Shown here: one piece after another, positions 28,892 through 39,511 of the stretch
How positions within the stretch are numbered: the stretch's first letter is position 1
How the letters are laid out: each line of letters opens with the position of its first letter
Assembly: GCA_949959305.1 (NCBI GenBank)
Contig: CATLJA010000003.1
Coordinates: forward strand, 11,999-75,998
Direction: 5' to 3'
Length of the DNA stretch: 64,000 nt
Origin: an uncultured Oscillibacter sp.
GTDB lineage: Bacteria > Bacillota > Clostridia > Oscillospirales > Oscillospiraceae
Notes under the pieces: model-generated
What the model was told of the DNA's origin: nothing
The model's input: the letters and a program-made list of their open reading frames with translations, nothing else
Database searches by the model: none
Program-made: the position numbers and the translations under genes

Positions 28892-29734
28892 ATGGCTAAG
28901 AATAAGTTAGTTTCCCCGGTTGTGAAATGGGTGGGAGGAAAACGTCAGCTTTTAGGTGAAATTACACCGTTGCTGCCCAAACAGATTTCTACATATTGCG
29001 AGCCTTTTTTGGGTGGGGGCGCAGTTCTTTTTGCCAGACAGCCTAAAAATGCCATTATCAATGATCTTAATGGTGATTTAATGTTAGTGTATGAGGTTAT
29101 CCGAGATGAGGTTGAATCGTTGATCGATTCTCTGCAAAAACATGAAAATACATCGGAGCATTTCTATCAGGTGCGGGACCTGGACAGAGATAAAGAAGCT
29201 TACAAGTCGCTATCCAAGATTGAAAAAGCATCCAGAATCATATATTTGAATAAAACTTGTTATAATGGGTTGTTTCGGGTAAATGCGTCTGGTGAATTTA
29301 ACTCACCGTTTGGCCACTACAAAAAACCCAACATTGTAAACGAGCCTGTGCTGCGAGCTGTAAGCAAATACCTGTCGTCCCCTAATATCCAGTTATTTAG
29401 TGAAGACTTTGCCGCCACGCTTCAGCGTGTTCCCAGGGGAGGGTTTGTTTACCTCGATCCTCCATATGACCCGGTTTCCGATACTGCAAGTTTTACAGGC
29501 TATAACAAGGGCGGCTTTGACAAAACCGGGCAAATCCGGCTGAAAGAATGCTGCGATGCTCTGACCCGGCGGGGAGTCAAGTTCCTGCTCTCTAATTCAG
29601 CCACTGCTTTTATCCGTGAACTGTATGCGGAATACACCGTCAAAACAGTGTATGCAAAACGCGCAATCAACTCAGATGCAGATAAACGCGGCGCTGTTCA
29701 GGAGGTGCTGATCCGAAATTATGGGCTTAAATGA
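28892..29734 (+). CDS. Dam-family DNA adenine methyltransferase
   Basis: KWVGGK, EPFLGGG, YLNKTCYNGLFRVN, DPPY; lower GC. Confidence 0.93.
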   Translation: MAKNKLVSPVVKWVGGKRQLLGEITPLLPKQISTYCEPFLGGGAVLFARQPKNAIINDLNGDLMLVYEVIRDEVESLIDSLQKHENTSEHFYQVRDLDRDKEAYKSLSKIEKASRIIYLNKTCYNGLFRVNASGEFNSPFGHYKKPNIVNEPVLRAVSKYLSSPNIQLFSEDFAATLQRVPRGGFVYLDPPYDPVSDTASFTGYNKGGFDKTGQIRLKECCDALTRRGVKFLLSNSATAFIRELYAEYTVKTVYAKRAINSDADKRGAVQEVLIRNYGLK

Positions 29735-30995
29735 CAGAGCATGGGAGCGCCTGTTTGATAAATATCATATCTTGGACGAAATATCCAGCAATGGGTCGTT
29801 CAAAATATCCGCAGAGCAGATCAAAGAATTTCGCGAGCCGCGTCTGATGACCAAGTTTGACCACAAAGTTAACCTGCCAAAAATCTTTGCCGACAACGGT
29901 TTGGCGATTCTCCCTGTTACTCGAGGCGACTATGTGATTTCTTCTTTCAGTGCATACAAAGAATTTGAAGCTCCATCCGGGGAGGTTCAGAGGGTTTCCA
30001 TTCCGGCATATATTCAAAGCCTGATGCCGCAATTCCTCGTAAGTGAAGCAATATCTTTGAATTGCGCTTATGCCTGCGGAATACTGAATGATTTCCTCGA
30101 AGACGAATATATTATTTCCACCGTCAGCGGACGCATGGGATCTGGCGGCTTTGAATTCGATATAAACACTTCCTTTGGGAGGGAACGGTTATCGGTCAGC
30201 AATTCTCAAATTGAAATAGATGCCGCTTATGAGGGGATTCATTATCTTTCACTGTTCGAAGCAAAAAGAGACTTATCGGATGATTTTTTGGTTCGGCAGC
30301 TGTACTATCCCTTTCGAGTTTGGAGCGGCAGGGTGACAAAACCTGTTAAGCCTATATTTTTAATCTTCTCCAACGGAATATTTTATCTATATCAATACCA
30401 ATTTGAAATTCCGGAAAACTATAACTCTTTGCGTCTAGTCAAGCAGAAAAACTATATTATTGAGACGGAAATATCTCTATCTGATATTGAAAATCTTCTA
30501 TATACCGTTTGCCTGATTCAAGAACCTGCCATACCGTTTCCACAGGCAAACAGTATGGCGAGAATTATTAACTTGATTGAATTGCTCAATGCAAGGCCGA
30601 TGACAAAAGATGATATTACTTCAGAGTATGCTTTTGACAGCCGGCAGACCAATTACTACACTGACGCAGGCCGCTATCTTGGCCTCATAGATAAAAAGCG
30701 GGACAATGAGAGAAATATTGTCTTTCAGCTTTCGCCGCTGGGGCGGCATATCATGAAGCTGCCTTATAAAGACAGGCAGCTCGCTATTGCCGCCCAAATT
30801 CTCCAGCATCGAGCATTCAAGGATACGTTAAAGCTCCATCTGCAATGCGGAGAGATGCCGGATGCAAGCGCCATTGTTCAGATTATGAAGTCGGCGGAAT
30901 TATATCATGTTGATGCTGACAGCACATATTACCGCCGTTCTTCCACAATTATCGGCTGGATCAACTGGATTTTGGGGTTAATTGAGGAAATCTAA
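29721..30995 (+). CDS. Putative type II restriction endonuclease (PD-(D/E)xK-like)
   Basis: Overlaps the Dam gene; QIEIDAAYE...LFEAK motif; low GC. Confidence 0.7.
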   Translation: MGLNDRAWERLFDKYHILDEISSNGSFKISAEQIKEFREPRLMTKFDHKVNLPKIFADNGLAILPVTRGDYVISSFSAYKEFEAPSGEVQRVSIPAYIQSLMPQFLVSEAISLNCAYACGILNDFLEDEYIISTVSGRMGSGGFEFDINTSFGRERLSVSNSQIEIDAAYEGIHYLSLFEAKRDLSDDFLVRQLYYPFRVWSGRVTKPVKPIFLIFSNGIFYLYQYQFEIPENYNSLRLVKQKNYIIETEISLSDIENLLYTVCLIQEPAIPFPQANSMARIINLIELLNARPMTKDDITSEYAFDSRQTNYYTDAGRYLGLIDKKRDNERNIVFQLSPLGRHIMKLPYKDRQLAIAAQILQHRAFKDTLKLHLQCGEMPDASAIVQIMKSAELYHVDADSTYYRRSSTIIGWINWILGLIEEI

Positions 30996-31221
30996 AGGAA
31001 CCGCAGAACTTCCAATCAGAGGCGGCTTCCATCCGGAAGCCGGGGTTTTCCAGAACGCGGAAGCCGGGCCATGCGGCAGCGCAAAGAAAAAGACAGCGCA
31101 GCCGAAGCTGCGCCGCCCCCATAGGCAGCCTGTCATCTGCACCCCCTCCATTGGGGCGGCTTCCTTGCGGAAGCTGTCCCAATGGAGGCTTTTTTGTAAT
31201 ATTTTATCATAAATATTACAA

Positions 31222-34200
31222 TCAGTATTCAATTTCTCCCGTATACACCAGCTTCGCGTCCCCCGTCAGGGTGACTCCCTCGTCGGTGTAGTGGACGATC
31301 AGTTCCCCGCCCTTTACCCGGACGGTGACGTCCCGGCCCTTCTCGCAAAGGCCTCCCGCGACTGCCGCCGCCACGGCGGCGCAGGCCCCGGTGCCGCAGG
31401 CCATGGTCTCCCCGCTGCCCCGCTCCCAGACCCGCATTTTGATGGTGCTGGGATTCACCACCCGGATGAACTCCGTGTTGACGCGCTCCGGGAAATAGGG
31501 CGCGTGCTCGAACCGGGGGCCGATGAAGCCGATGTCCACCGCGTCCACCCGCTCGCAGAACACCACGCAGTGGGGGTTCCCCATGTCCACGCAGGTGATG
31601 CGGTAGGGCCTCCCGGCGATGCGGACGGGGTAGTCCACCACCCGGTTTTCCGCGACGGCGAATTTCAGCGCGGAGGCGTCCAGCACGGCCTTTCCCATGT
31701 CCACGCTGGCGGAGGTAACCTTCCCGTTGGTGGTGTAAAGGGTGACGCTCCGCACGCCGCTGGCCGTCTCCACCGCCAGCTTCTCCTTGTCCGTGAAGCC
31801 GTTGTCGTAAAGGTACTTGCCCACGCAGCGCAGGGCGTTGCCCGCCATTCTGCCCTCGCTTCCGTCGGCGTTGAACATGCGCATTTTCGCGTCGGCGGTT
31901 TCGGAGCGCTCCAGCAGGATGATGCCGTCGGCCCCCACGCCGTAGTGGCGGTCGCAGAAGGTGACGCAGAGGGACTCCGGGCAGGTAATCCGCCCGTCGA
32001 AGTTCTCCAGGAAGATATAGTCGTTGCCGCAGGTCTGCATCTTGGTAAAGCGCAGCTTCTCCCGGCGCTCCCGGAGGTGGCAGATGTCCACCAGCTCCGT
32101 GTTCCCCTGGTTGTAGCGGGACTCCAGTATGTCCGCCAGGGCCCCGGCGGTGTCCAGGGAGGTCAGGCACGGAATGCCCAGCTGGACGCAGCGGTGGTTC
32201 AGGCGGATGAAGTCCCGGATGTACTCCGGCTCCGTGGACCCGGTGAGAATCACATAGTCGATTTTCCCGTCCTCCAGCAGCTGGAAGACCCGGTTGTCCC
32301 GGCCCAGCTTGCCCACGACCTCCACGCTGGCGCCCAGCCGCTCAATCTCATGGGCGGTGCCGTCGGTGGCGTAGAGCTTGAAGCCCAGCTCGTCCAGCTT
32401 CCGGGCGGTATCCAGGATTTCCGGCTGGTCCCGGCGGTTGACGGAGATCAGCACGCCGCCCTTCTCCTGCTGTTCGACCTTGTATCCGGCGGAGACCAGG
32501 CCCTTGAACAGCGCCTCCTGCATGTTCTTGCCCAGGCCCAGCACCTCCCCGGTGGACTTCATCTCCGGGGAGAGGGCGGCGTTGGCGTCGGTGAGCTTTT
32601 CAAAGGAGAAGACGGGGACCTTCACGGCCACGTAGGGCGGCTGCCTGTAAAGCCCCGTCCCGCAGCCCAGGGAGCGGAGGGGCTTCCCCACCATGACCCG
32701 GGCGGCCAGATCCACCATGGGCACGCCGGTGACCTTGGAGATATAGGGCACCGTTCGGCTGGCCCGGGGATTCACCTCAATCACGTAAAGCTCGCCCTGG
32801 TAAATAAGGTACTGTATGTTGATAAGCCCCCTGGTCCCAAGGGACAGCGCCAGCTTCCCGGAGCAGTCCACAATGGTTTTCAGCATCCTGTCCCCGATGG
32901 AGAAGGGGGGATAGACGGCGATGGAGTCCCCGGAGTGGACCCCGGTGCGCTCGATGTGCTGCATGACCCCGGGAATCAGCACGTCCGTGCCGTCGGAAAT
33001 CACGTCCACCTCCAGCTCCTTCCCCATGAGGTACTGGTCCACCAGCACGGGGTTTTCCACCTTCCCGGAGAGAATGACGTTCATATAGGTCCTTACGTCC
33101 TCGTCGTTGTGGGCGATCACCATGTTCTGCCCGCCGATGACGTAGCTGGGCCGGAGGAGGACGGGATAGCCCAGCTCATTGGCCGCCGCCAGGGCCTCCT
33201 CCATGCCCAGGACTCCCCGCCCCTGGGGGCGCTTGATATGGAAGCGCTCCAAAAGCTCGTCGAACCGCTCCCGGTCCTCCGCCATGTCGATGGACTCGGC
33301 GGAGGTGCCCAGGATGGGCACGCCCTTCCCGTCCAGGAATTTCGTCAGCTTGATGGCCGTCTGCCCGCCGAAGGCCACCACCACCCCCACGGGCTTCTCC
33401 ACCTCGATGATGTGCATCACGTCCTCGGGGCACAGGGGCTCGAAGTAAAGGCGGTCGGCGGTGTCGTAGTCCGTGGAGACGGTCTCCGGGTTGTTGTTGA
33501 CGATGACCACGTCGTAGCCCAGCTCCTTCAGGGTCCAGACGCAGTGGACGGAGGAGTAGTCAAACTCGATCCCCTGGCCGATGCGGATGGGGCCGGAGCC
33601 CAGGACCATGACGACGGGCCGGCCGGACCGGGGGAAGGTCCGGGACTCGCAGACGCGGTCAAAGCTGGAGTAGAAGTAGGGAGTCTCCGCGTCGAACTCC
33701 GCGCCGCAGGTGTCCACCATCTTGTAGACGGCGCTCCGGGCCTCCCCAGGCAGGGCCGCCGCCCCGGAGAGGCGGAGGAGGGTCCCGTCCGGGTAGCCCA
33801 GGCGCTTTCCGGTTTCGTAATGCTCCGCCGTCAGGCCGTCCTTTTCCAGGGTCCTTTCAAACTCCGCCATTCCCCGGAGCTTCCAGAGGAACCAGCGGTC
33901 AATGCGGGTAACGCCGAAAACCTCGTCCACGGACACGCCGGATTTCAGCGCCTCAAAGACGGTAAAGAGCCTCCGGTCGTCCACCCGCCGGAGCCGCTCC
34001 CAAATGGGCGCGCCGTCCGCGTCCTTCCGGTTCAGGCTGTCCTGCCCGGTCTCCGCCCCCCGGACGGCCTTCATCAGGGCCATCTCAAAGCTGGGGGCGA
34101 TGGACATGACCTCCCCGGTGGCCTTCATCTGGGTGCCCAGGGTCCGGGACGCGTCGGCGAACTTGTCGAAGGGCCACTTGGGCATCTTCACCACGACGTA

Positions 34201-35253
34201 GTCCAGGGCGGGCTCGAAGCAGGCGCAGGTCTTCCCGGTGATGTCGTTTTTGATCTCGTCCAGGCGAAAGCCCAGGGCGATTTTCGCCGTGATTTTGGCG
34301 ATGGGGTAGCCCGTGGCCTTGGAGGCCAAGGCGGAGGAGCGGGAGACCCGGGGGTTCACCTCAATGACGGCGTATTCGAAGCTGCCGGGGTTCAACGCCA
34401 GCTGGACGTTGCACCCGCCCACGATGCCAAGATGCGTGATGATGTCCAGGGACGCGGAGCGGAGCATCTGGAACTCCCGGTCCGCCAGGGTCTGGGTGGG
34501 GGCCACGACGATGGAGTCCCCGGTGTGAACGCCCACGGGGTCCAGGTTCTCCATGGAGCACACGGCAATCACGTTCCCCGCGCCGTCCCGCATGGTCTCA
34601 AATTCGATTTCCTTCCAGCCGAAGATGGCCTTTTCAATCAGCACCTGGGTGATGGGGGACGCGTCCAGACCCGTCTGGGCAATGATTCGGAGCTCGTCCG
34701 GCGTTTGGGCCGCGCCGCCTCCCGCGCCGCCCAGGGTAAAGGCCGGGCGGACAATGACGGGGTAGCCGATGCGCCCCGCCGCTTCCAGCGCGCCCTCCAC
34801 CGTCTCCGCGGTTTCAGAGGCGATGACAGGCTGCCCGATTTCCGCCATAGCCTCCTTGAAAAGCTCCCGGTCCTCCGCCCGGGAGATGGCGGCGGCGTCC
34901 GTGCCCAGGAGCCGGACGTTCTGCTCCTTCAAAAAGCCCTCCCGGTCCAGCTGCATGGCCAGGGTCAGGCCCGTCTGGCCCCCCAGGCCCGCCAGGATGG
35001 AGTCGGGCTTCTCCCTGCGGATGATGCGCTTCATGGTCTCCGCCGTCAGGGGCTCCAGGTAAATCTCGTCCGCCATGGCCTGGTCCGTCATGATGGTGGC
35101 GGGGTTGGAATTGCACAGGACCACGTTCACCCCGGCCTCCTTCAGCACCCGGCAGGCCTGGGCCCCGGCGTAGTCGAACTCGGCGGCCTGGCCGATGACA
35201 ATGGGGCCGGATCCAATGACCAGGACCTTTTGAATGCTCTTGTCCAAAGGCAT
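31222..35253 (-). CDS. carB: Carbamoyl-phosphate synthase large subunit fused to a C-terminal DapF-like domain
   Basis: GSGPIVIGQAAEFDY, two ATP-grasp halves, MGS domain; then FTKMQTCGNDY, DRHYGVGADG, GNPHCV, RVWERGSGETMACGTG. Confidence 0.95.
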   Translation of the reverse strand: MPLDKSIQKVLVIGSGPIVIGQAAEFDYAGAQACRVLKEAGVNVVLCNSNPATIMTDQAMADEIYLEPLTAETMKRIIRREKPDSILAGLGGQTGLTLAMQLDREGFLKEQNVRLLGTDAAAISRAEDRELFKEAMAEIGQPVIASETAETVEGALEAAGRIGYPVIVRPAFTLGGAGGGAAQTPDELRIIAQTGLDASPITQVLIEKAIFGWKEIEFETMRDGAGNVIAVCSMENLDPVGVHTGDSIVVAPTQTLADREFQMLRSASLDIITHLGIVGGCNVQLALNPGSFEYAVIEVNPRVSRSSALASKATGYPIAKITAKIALGFRLDEIKNDITGKTCACFEPALDYVVVKMPKWPFDKFADASRTLGTQMKATGEVMSIAPSFEMALMKAVRGAETGQDSLNRKDADGAPIWERLRRVDDRRLFTVFEALKSGVSVDEVFGVTRIDRWFLWKLRGMAEFERTLEKDGLTAEHYETGKRLGYPDGTLLRLSGAAALPGEARSAVYKMVDTCGAEFDAETPYFYSSFDRVCESRTFPRSGRPVVMVLGSGPIRIGQGIEFDYSSVHCVWTLKELGYDVVIVNNNPETVSTDYDTADRLYFEPLCPEDVMHIIEVEKPVGVVVAFGGQTAIKLTKFLDGKGVPILGTSAESIDMAEDRERFDELLERFHIKRPQGRGVLGMEEALAAANELGYPVLLRPSYVIGGQNMVIAHNDEDVRTYMNVILSGKVENPVLVDQYLMGKELEVDVISDGTDVLIPGVMQHIERTGVHSGDSIAVYPPFSIGDRMLKTIVDCSGKLALSLGTRGLINIQYLIYQGELYVIEVNPRASRTVPYISKVTGVPMVDLAARVMVGKPLRSLGCGTGLYRQPPYVAVKVPVFSFEKLTDANAALSPEMKSTGEVLGLGKNMQEALFKGLVSAGYKVEQQEKGGVLISVNRRDQPEILDTARKLDELGFKLYATDGTAHEIERLGASVEVVGKLGRDNRVFQLLEDGKIDYVILTGSTEPEYIRDFIRLNHRCVQLGIPCLTSLDTAGALADILESRYNQGNTELVDICHLRERREKLRFTKMQTCGNDYIFLENFDGRITCPESLCVTFCDRHYGVGADGIILLERSETADAKMRMFNADGSEGRMAGNALRCVGKYLYDNGFTDKEKLAVETASGVRSVTLYTTNGKVTSASVDMGKAVLDASALKFAVAENRVVDYPVRIAGRPYRITCVDMGNPHCVVFCERVDAVDIGFIGPRFEHAPYFPERVNTEFIRVVNPSTIKMRVWERGSGETMACGTGACAAVAAAVAGGLCEKGRDVTVRVKGGELIVHYTDEGVTLTGDAKLVYTGEIEY

Positions 35254-36317
35254 TACCGTTCTCCTCCCTTCATCAGCTCCACAAAGCGGTCAAACAAAAA
35301 CGCGGTGTCGTGAGGGCCGCCCCGGGCCTCGGGGTGGAACTGGACGGTGAAGGCCCCAAGATCGGGGTAGTCCATTCCCTCGCAGGTCCCGTCGTTGGCG
35401 TTGGCGAAGGAGACCCGGCCGCATTTCACGGAGTCCCCGTCCACGGCGTAGCCGTGGTTCTGGCTGGTGATATAGGTCCGGAGCCCGTTCAAGTCCCGGA
35501 CGGGCTGGTTCACCCCCCGGTGGCCGTATTTCAGCTTGTAAGTCCGGCCCCCCGCCGCCAGGGCGGTGAGCTGGTGGCCCAGGCAGATGCCGAACAGGGG
35601 GACCTTCCCCAGGAGCTTTTGAATCTGCGCGATTTGAAAGGCGTTTTCCGCCGGGTCCCCGGGGCCGTTGGAGAGCATGACTCCATCCGGCTCCATGCCC
35701 AGCACCGTCTCCGCCGGAGCGTCCGCCGGGAGGACCGTCACGGCGCAGCCCCGCTTTTGAAGCTCCCGGATGATGTTGCGTTTCGCGCCGTAGTCCAGCA
35801 GGGCCACCCGAAAGCGGGTCCCGCCCTCGGCCCCGTAAACGAAGGGGGCCTTCCGGGTGACGGCCTCCACCGCGCCGGTGACGGCGTAGTCCCGGAGGGC
35901 GGCCAGGTCCGACGGGACCTCGCCGCAGATGCAGGCGTTCATCACGCCGGACTCCCGGATAACGCGGGTGAGCTGCCGGGTGTCCACGCCGCAGAGGCCG
36001 GGGACGCCCCGCTCCTTCAAAAAGCCCTCCAAATCCCCGCCGCAGCGGAAGTTGGAGGGGTGGGCGCACTGCTCCCGGACCACGTAGCCCTTCACGTGGC
36101 AGCCTCCCTCGAAGTCCTCCGGGATGATTCCATAGTTGCCGATGAGGGGATAGGTCTGCATGACGATCTGACCCGCGTAGCTGGGATCCGTCAGGGTCTC
36201 CACGTAGCCGCACATGCCGGTGGTGAAGACCAGCTCGCCCACGGCGGCGGTCTCCGCGCCGAACCGGAACCCCTGAAACACCTGGCCGTCCGCCAGTACC
36301 AAATAGCCTTTTTTCAT
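35253..36317 (-). CDS. carA: Carbamoyl-phosphate synthase small subunit
   Basis: GELVFTTGM.GY, SNGPGDP, GICLGHQ, QFHPE. Confidence 0.96.
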   Translation of the reverse strand: MKKGYLVLADGQVFQGFRFGAETAAVGELVFTTGMCGYVETLTDPSYAGQIVMQTYPLIGNYGIIPEDFEGGCHVKGYVVREQCAHPSNFRCGGDLEGFLKERGVPGLCGVDTRQLTRVIRESGVMNACICGEVPSDLAALRDYAVTGAVEAVTRKAPFVYGAEGGTRFRVALLDYGAKRNIIRELQKRGCAVTVLPADAPAETVLGMEPDGVMLSNGPGDPAENAFQIAQIQKLLGKVPLFGICLGHQLTALAAGGRTYKLKYGHRGVNQPVRDLNGLRTYITSQNHGYAVDGDSVKCGRVSFANANDGTCEGMDYPDLGAFTVQFHPEARGGPHDTAFLFDRFVELMKGGER

Positions 36318-36356
36318 GGATGCCTCCCTCGGTGTCGTTGACGCGTTATTTTCTTT

Positions 36357-36385
36357 ATTATGAGGGTTTTCGCCCTCAGCGTCAA
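36357..36385 (-). promoter_or_regulatory. Sigma-A promoter of carAB
   Basis: TTGACG-N17-CATAAT; spacer contains inverted repeat TGAGGG-N6-CCCTCA. Confidence 0.6.
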
Positions 36386-36509
36386 TGACGGATTGCCCCG
36401 CGGGCGGCGAAGTTTGGCCCCGAAAGGTATTACTTTTTGTGAAAAATGTGGAGAACCGGGCCAAATGAAGGACCGTCCCCCGCAAAAGGCGGAGGACGGT
36501 CCCGGAATT

Positions 36510-37934
36510 TCACGTGTTGTCCCGGCTGATGGGCTCCCGCATCAGAAGCCGCCAGAGGGCCTTGCCGTTGAAGGGGACGAGGGGATAGAGATAGCCCCGG
36601 CCCACCAGGGGCTTGGTGGTGGCAAGCAGAACCACGATGCCCAGAATTCCCAGGCAGTAGCCCCACACGTCGAAGACCGCCGTTAAAAGCAGCAGCGCCA
36701 CCCGCAGAAGCTTGAAGGCGTAGCCCATCTCATAGCTGGGCTGGGCGAAGCTGGCCACGGACACAAAGGCCATATACACCAGCACCTCCGGCCCCAGCCA
36801 GCCCGCCTGGACGGCGAAGTCGCCCAAAATCAGGGCCCCCAGCATGGAGAAGGAGTTGGACAGGGAATCCGGCGTGTTCAGCGACGCCAGCTTGAGAACG
36901 TCCACCAAAAACTCCACCACCAGAAGCTGCCACAAAAGCCCCAGGGCCGCGGGCTCCGGAGAGGACAGGAACTCCAGCCACTCCGGCAGCCGCCCGGACT
37001 CCTTCACCATCAGATACCAGGTGGGGGTGATAAGCAGGGAGATTAAAAAGACGATAATCCGCAGAAGGCGGAGGTAGGAGCCCACCAGCGGCGGGAAGTA
37101 AAACTCATTGGCCTCCTGGGTGAAGTCGAAGAAGGTGGTGGGCAGGATCATCACCGAGGGGGAGTTGTCCACCATCAGCACCACGTTGCCCTCCATGACG
37201 CTGGCGGCGGCGCTGTCGGGCCGCTCCGTGTAGCGGACCTTGGGGAAGGGGTTGTACCACTGCCTGGGCCGGATGGCCTCGGCCACGCTCTCCTGGGCCA
37301 TGGAGAGGGAGTTCACGTCGATGGCGTTCAGCTTCTCCCGGATGGCGGAGAGAAGGGCCGGGTCCGCCTTGTCGTCCAGGTAGCAGAGCACCGCGTCGGT
37401 GTGGGAGCGTTTTCCCAGCTTCAGGCCCTCCATGGTGAGGCGGGGGTCCCGGATGCGGCGGCGGAGCAGGGCCATGTTGGGCACCACCGCCTCCACGAAG
37501 CCGTCGTGGGAGCCCCGGAGGACCTTGCCGTCCGGGGGCTCGCCCACGCCCCGGCCGGGGTAATCCTTGGCGTCAATCTGGGCTCCGCCCGGGAGGCCCT
37601 CCACCAGAAGGAGGGACTTTCCCATGAGGACGGAGGTGACAAGCTCGTCCGTGTCAAAGCCCACGTCCACCTCGGAGAAGGTGATGAAGCGGTCCGCGAA
37701 ATCCTGCATATCCGCCAGGCCCGCCAGGGCCTCCGGCGGCTGGGAGAGCCAGAAGGCTCCCATGCGCTCCAGGGTCTCGTCCTTGCCGTAGCCGTCCACC
37801 ACCCAGATGCGGGCCCGCCGGCCGGCGATGCGGTAGTCCCGGCTTACCATGTCCACGCTGCGGCCCACGCCCAGGGCCCCGTCAAACAGGCGGACGTTTT
37901 CCATGTAGTCGTCAGATAATGTTCCCATGCGCAC
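36510..37934 (-). CDS. GerA-family spore germination protein (SpoVAF/GerKA-like)
   Basis: LRGSHDGFVE, LRRRIRDP, FPKVRYTERPD, GALILGDFAV, C-terminal TMs. Confidence 0.88.
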   Translation of the reverse strand: MRMGTLSDDYMENVRLFDGALGVGRSVDMVSRDYRIAGRRARIWVVDGYGKDETLERMGAFWLSQPPEALAGLADMQDFADRFITFSEVDVGFDTDELVTSVLMGKSLLLVEGLPGGAQIDAKDYPGRGVGEPPDGKVLRGSHDGFVEAVVPNMALLRRRIRDPRLTMEGLKLGKRSHTDAVLCYLDDKADPALLSAIREKLNAIDVNSLSMAQESVAEAIRPRQWYNPFPKVRYTERPDSAAASVMEGNVVLMVDNSPSVMILPTTFFDFTQEANEFYFPPLVGSYLRLLRIIVFLISLLITPTWYLMVKESGRLPEWLEFLSSPEPAALGLLWQLLVVEFLVDVLKLASLNTPDSLSNSFSMLGALILGDFAVQAGWLGPEVLVYMAFVSVASFAQPSYEMGYAFKLLRVALLLLTAVFDVWGYCLGILGIVVLLATTKPLVGRGYLYPLVPFNGKALWRLLMREPISRDNT

Positions 37935-38028
37935 CTCCTGAAACTGGAGGTAGTATGCGCGGAAGGGGAAAAATTATCCGGAGAGAATGCCTCCGGCGGG
38001 GCTTCCGCCTCCCGCAGGACGCGGCCCC

Positions 38029-38490
38029 TTAATATTGATACCGTTTCCGGTGCTTCACAAACATCCGCGCGGACAGGGCCAGGGCCATAAGCTCCGCCGC
38101 CGGAGCAGCCAGCCAGATACCATTTACCCCTAAAAGCGCGGGCAGGGTTAGCATGGTAATCAGCATAAATACGAAGGAACGGGAGAAGGCGAGGATCGCG
38201 GAGACGACGCCGTTGGACAATGCGGTAAACATCCCGCTGGCAAAGATATTAAAGCCGATAAAGAACAGCGCCAGGGTACAGATCCGATTTCCTGTGACGG
38301 CCAAATCATAAACCGGATTATCCGGCCGGGCAAAAACGGATACCAGGGGTCTTGTCGCGGCAAAGGACGCCGCCGCCGTTACAAGGGAAATGAAGGCAAT
38401 CACCTTCAGGCTGGCGGAAACCAGCTTTTTCAGCTTTTCGGAATTCTTCTCGCCGCAGCAGTAACTGAGCATAGGAGGCGTAGGTATCAC
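38029..38490 (-). pseudogene. C-terminal fragment of a MATE efflux transporter
   Basis: PMLSYCCG, SGMFTALSNG, GVNGIWLA; no N-terminal half or RBS. Confidence 0.75.
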
Positions 38491-38773
38491 CACTTACCGC
38501 CAGCTTCGTCATCGTCCTTTGACATTGGACACCAAGGGGTTAATTCCCCAATACGTTTAAGTGGATGATGAATGGAGCGAGAAAGAAGCCGAAGGCAGCT
38601 TCGGCAATTTCTCATGCCATGATGTAAGCATCATCCAGAAAAATTAGATACTCAATTTCAAGCAGAAAGATGATATAGGGTATAAAAAATTAAAGAGAGG
38701 GGGGCGAGGAAAAATACCTTGCCTCCCCTTGGAAACTCTGATAAAATTGGATTATAAATAGGAGGTCGGTAAT

Positions 38774-39511
38774 ATGGCAGGTAGATTCATGAAAACCAAG
38801 AGGATTATCATCCCTTTCATGACTCTGGCAGTCATGACCAGTCAATTAGCAGGCTGTGCCACCATGACAAGTGACGAGATGTTAAAAACAATGCAAGAAT
38901 CACCAGAAGTCAGCATAGAGTATGCGGTTCCGGATACAGGCCAGCAAAGTTTAGATGCTTCTCAAGTTATCGGTACAGGTGACCAGCAACATATGGCTGA
39001 TAGTGATTTCGACATAGGTTTGATTGAAGATCAGAATAATCAAAAATTAGAAGAAATTAGTCATGATGAATTGTTAGTGGTGTTTGGTCAGCAGTACGAA
39101 ATATCTAAGGAGATTAACAATTCAGATTCAGCGGAAACAATTCAAAATGAGTTAGAAATGATTAGAATAACGGTAGAGTGTATGGAGAAGTCACTCCCGT
39201 CTGACTATGAAGCCCAGTACAGAGAATGGCGTCCCTCGGTTGTTCAGCAGGACACCCAAACAACAGAAACAACACAACAGACCCAACAAAGTCAAGGCCA
39301 ACAGAGTCAAAGCAGTAAGCCCCAAGGTAATCAAAACAAAGGAGGCAGCCAAACTCAGCAGCCGCAGCAGAAAGAAGATACATCAGTCGACAGAGGCACC
39401 GTCGGAGGTCCTCCTTCTTTTGGTGAAGTAATTACAGACAAAAGTCAAATCGCAACAGGCATCGATGATCCCTATGCTGACCCGGCTGGAGTTCAGTATG
39501 GTGGCAACTAA
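38774..39511 (+). CDS. Low-GC lipoprotein with Gln/Thr/Ser-rich tail
   Basis: Lipobox LAGC, RBS AGGAGG, own terminator at 39531-39559. Confidence 0.75.
   Translation: MAGRFMKTKRIIIPFMTLAVMTSQLAGCATMTSDEMLKTMQESPEVSIEYAVPDTGQQSLDASQVIGTGDQQHMADSDFDIGLIEDQNNQKLEEISHDELLVVFGQQYEISKEINNSDSAETIQNELEMIRITVECMEKSLPSDYEAQYREWRPSVVQQDTQTTETTQQTQQSQGQQSQSSKPQGNQNKGGSQTQQPQQKEDTSVDRGTVGGPPSFGEVITDKSQIATGIDDPYADPAGVQYGGN

Noticed and set aside
31291-35313. Very long antisense ORFs (also 1148-3352, 4190-6205, 7017-9431, 15370-17781, 23241-25088, 25378-26958)
   Set aside because: Shadow frames of high-GC genes with no recognisable motifs; the opposite strand carries clear conserved proteins
36318-36500. 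ARG box or PyrR attenuator upstream of carA
   Set aside because: No TGAAT-N4-ATTCA match, and the predicted leader is too short for a PyrR attenuator
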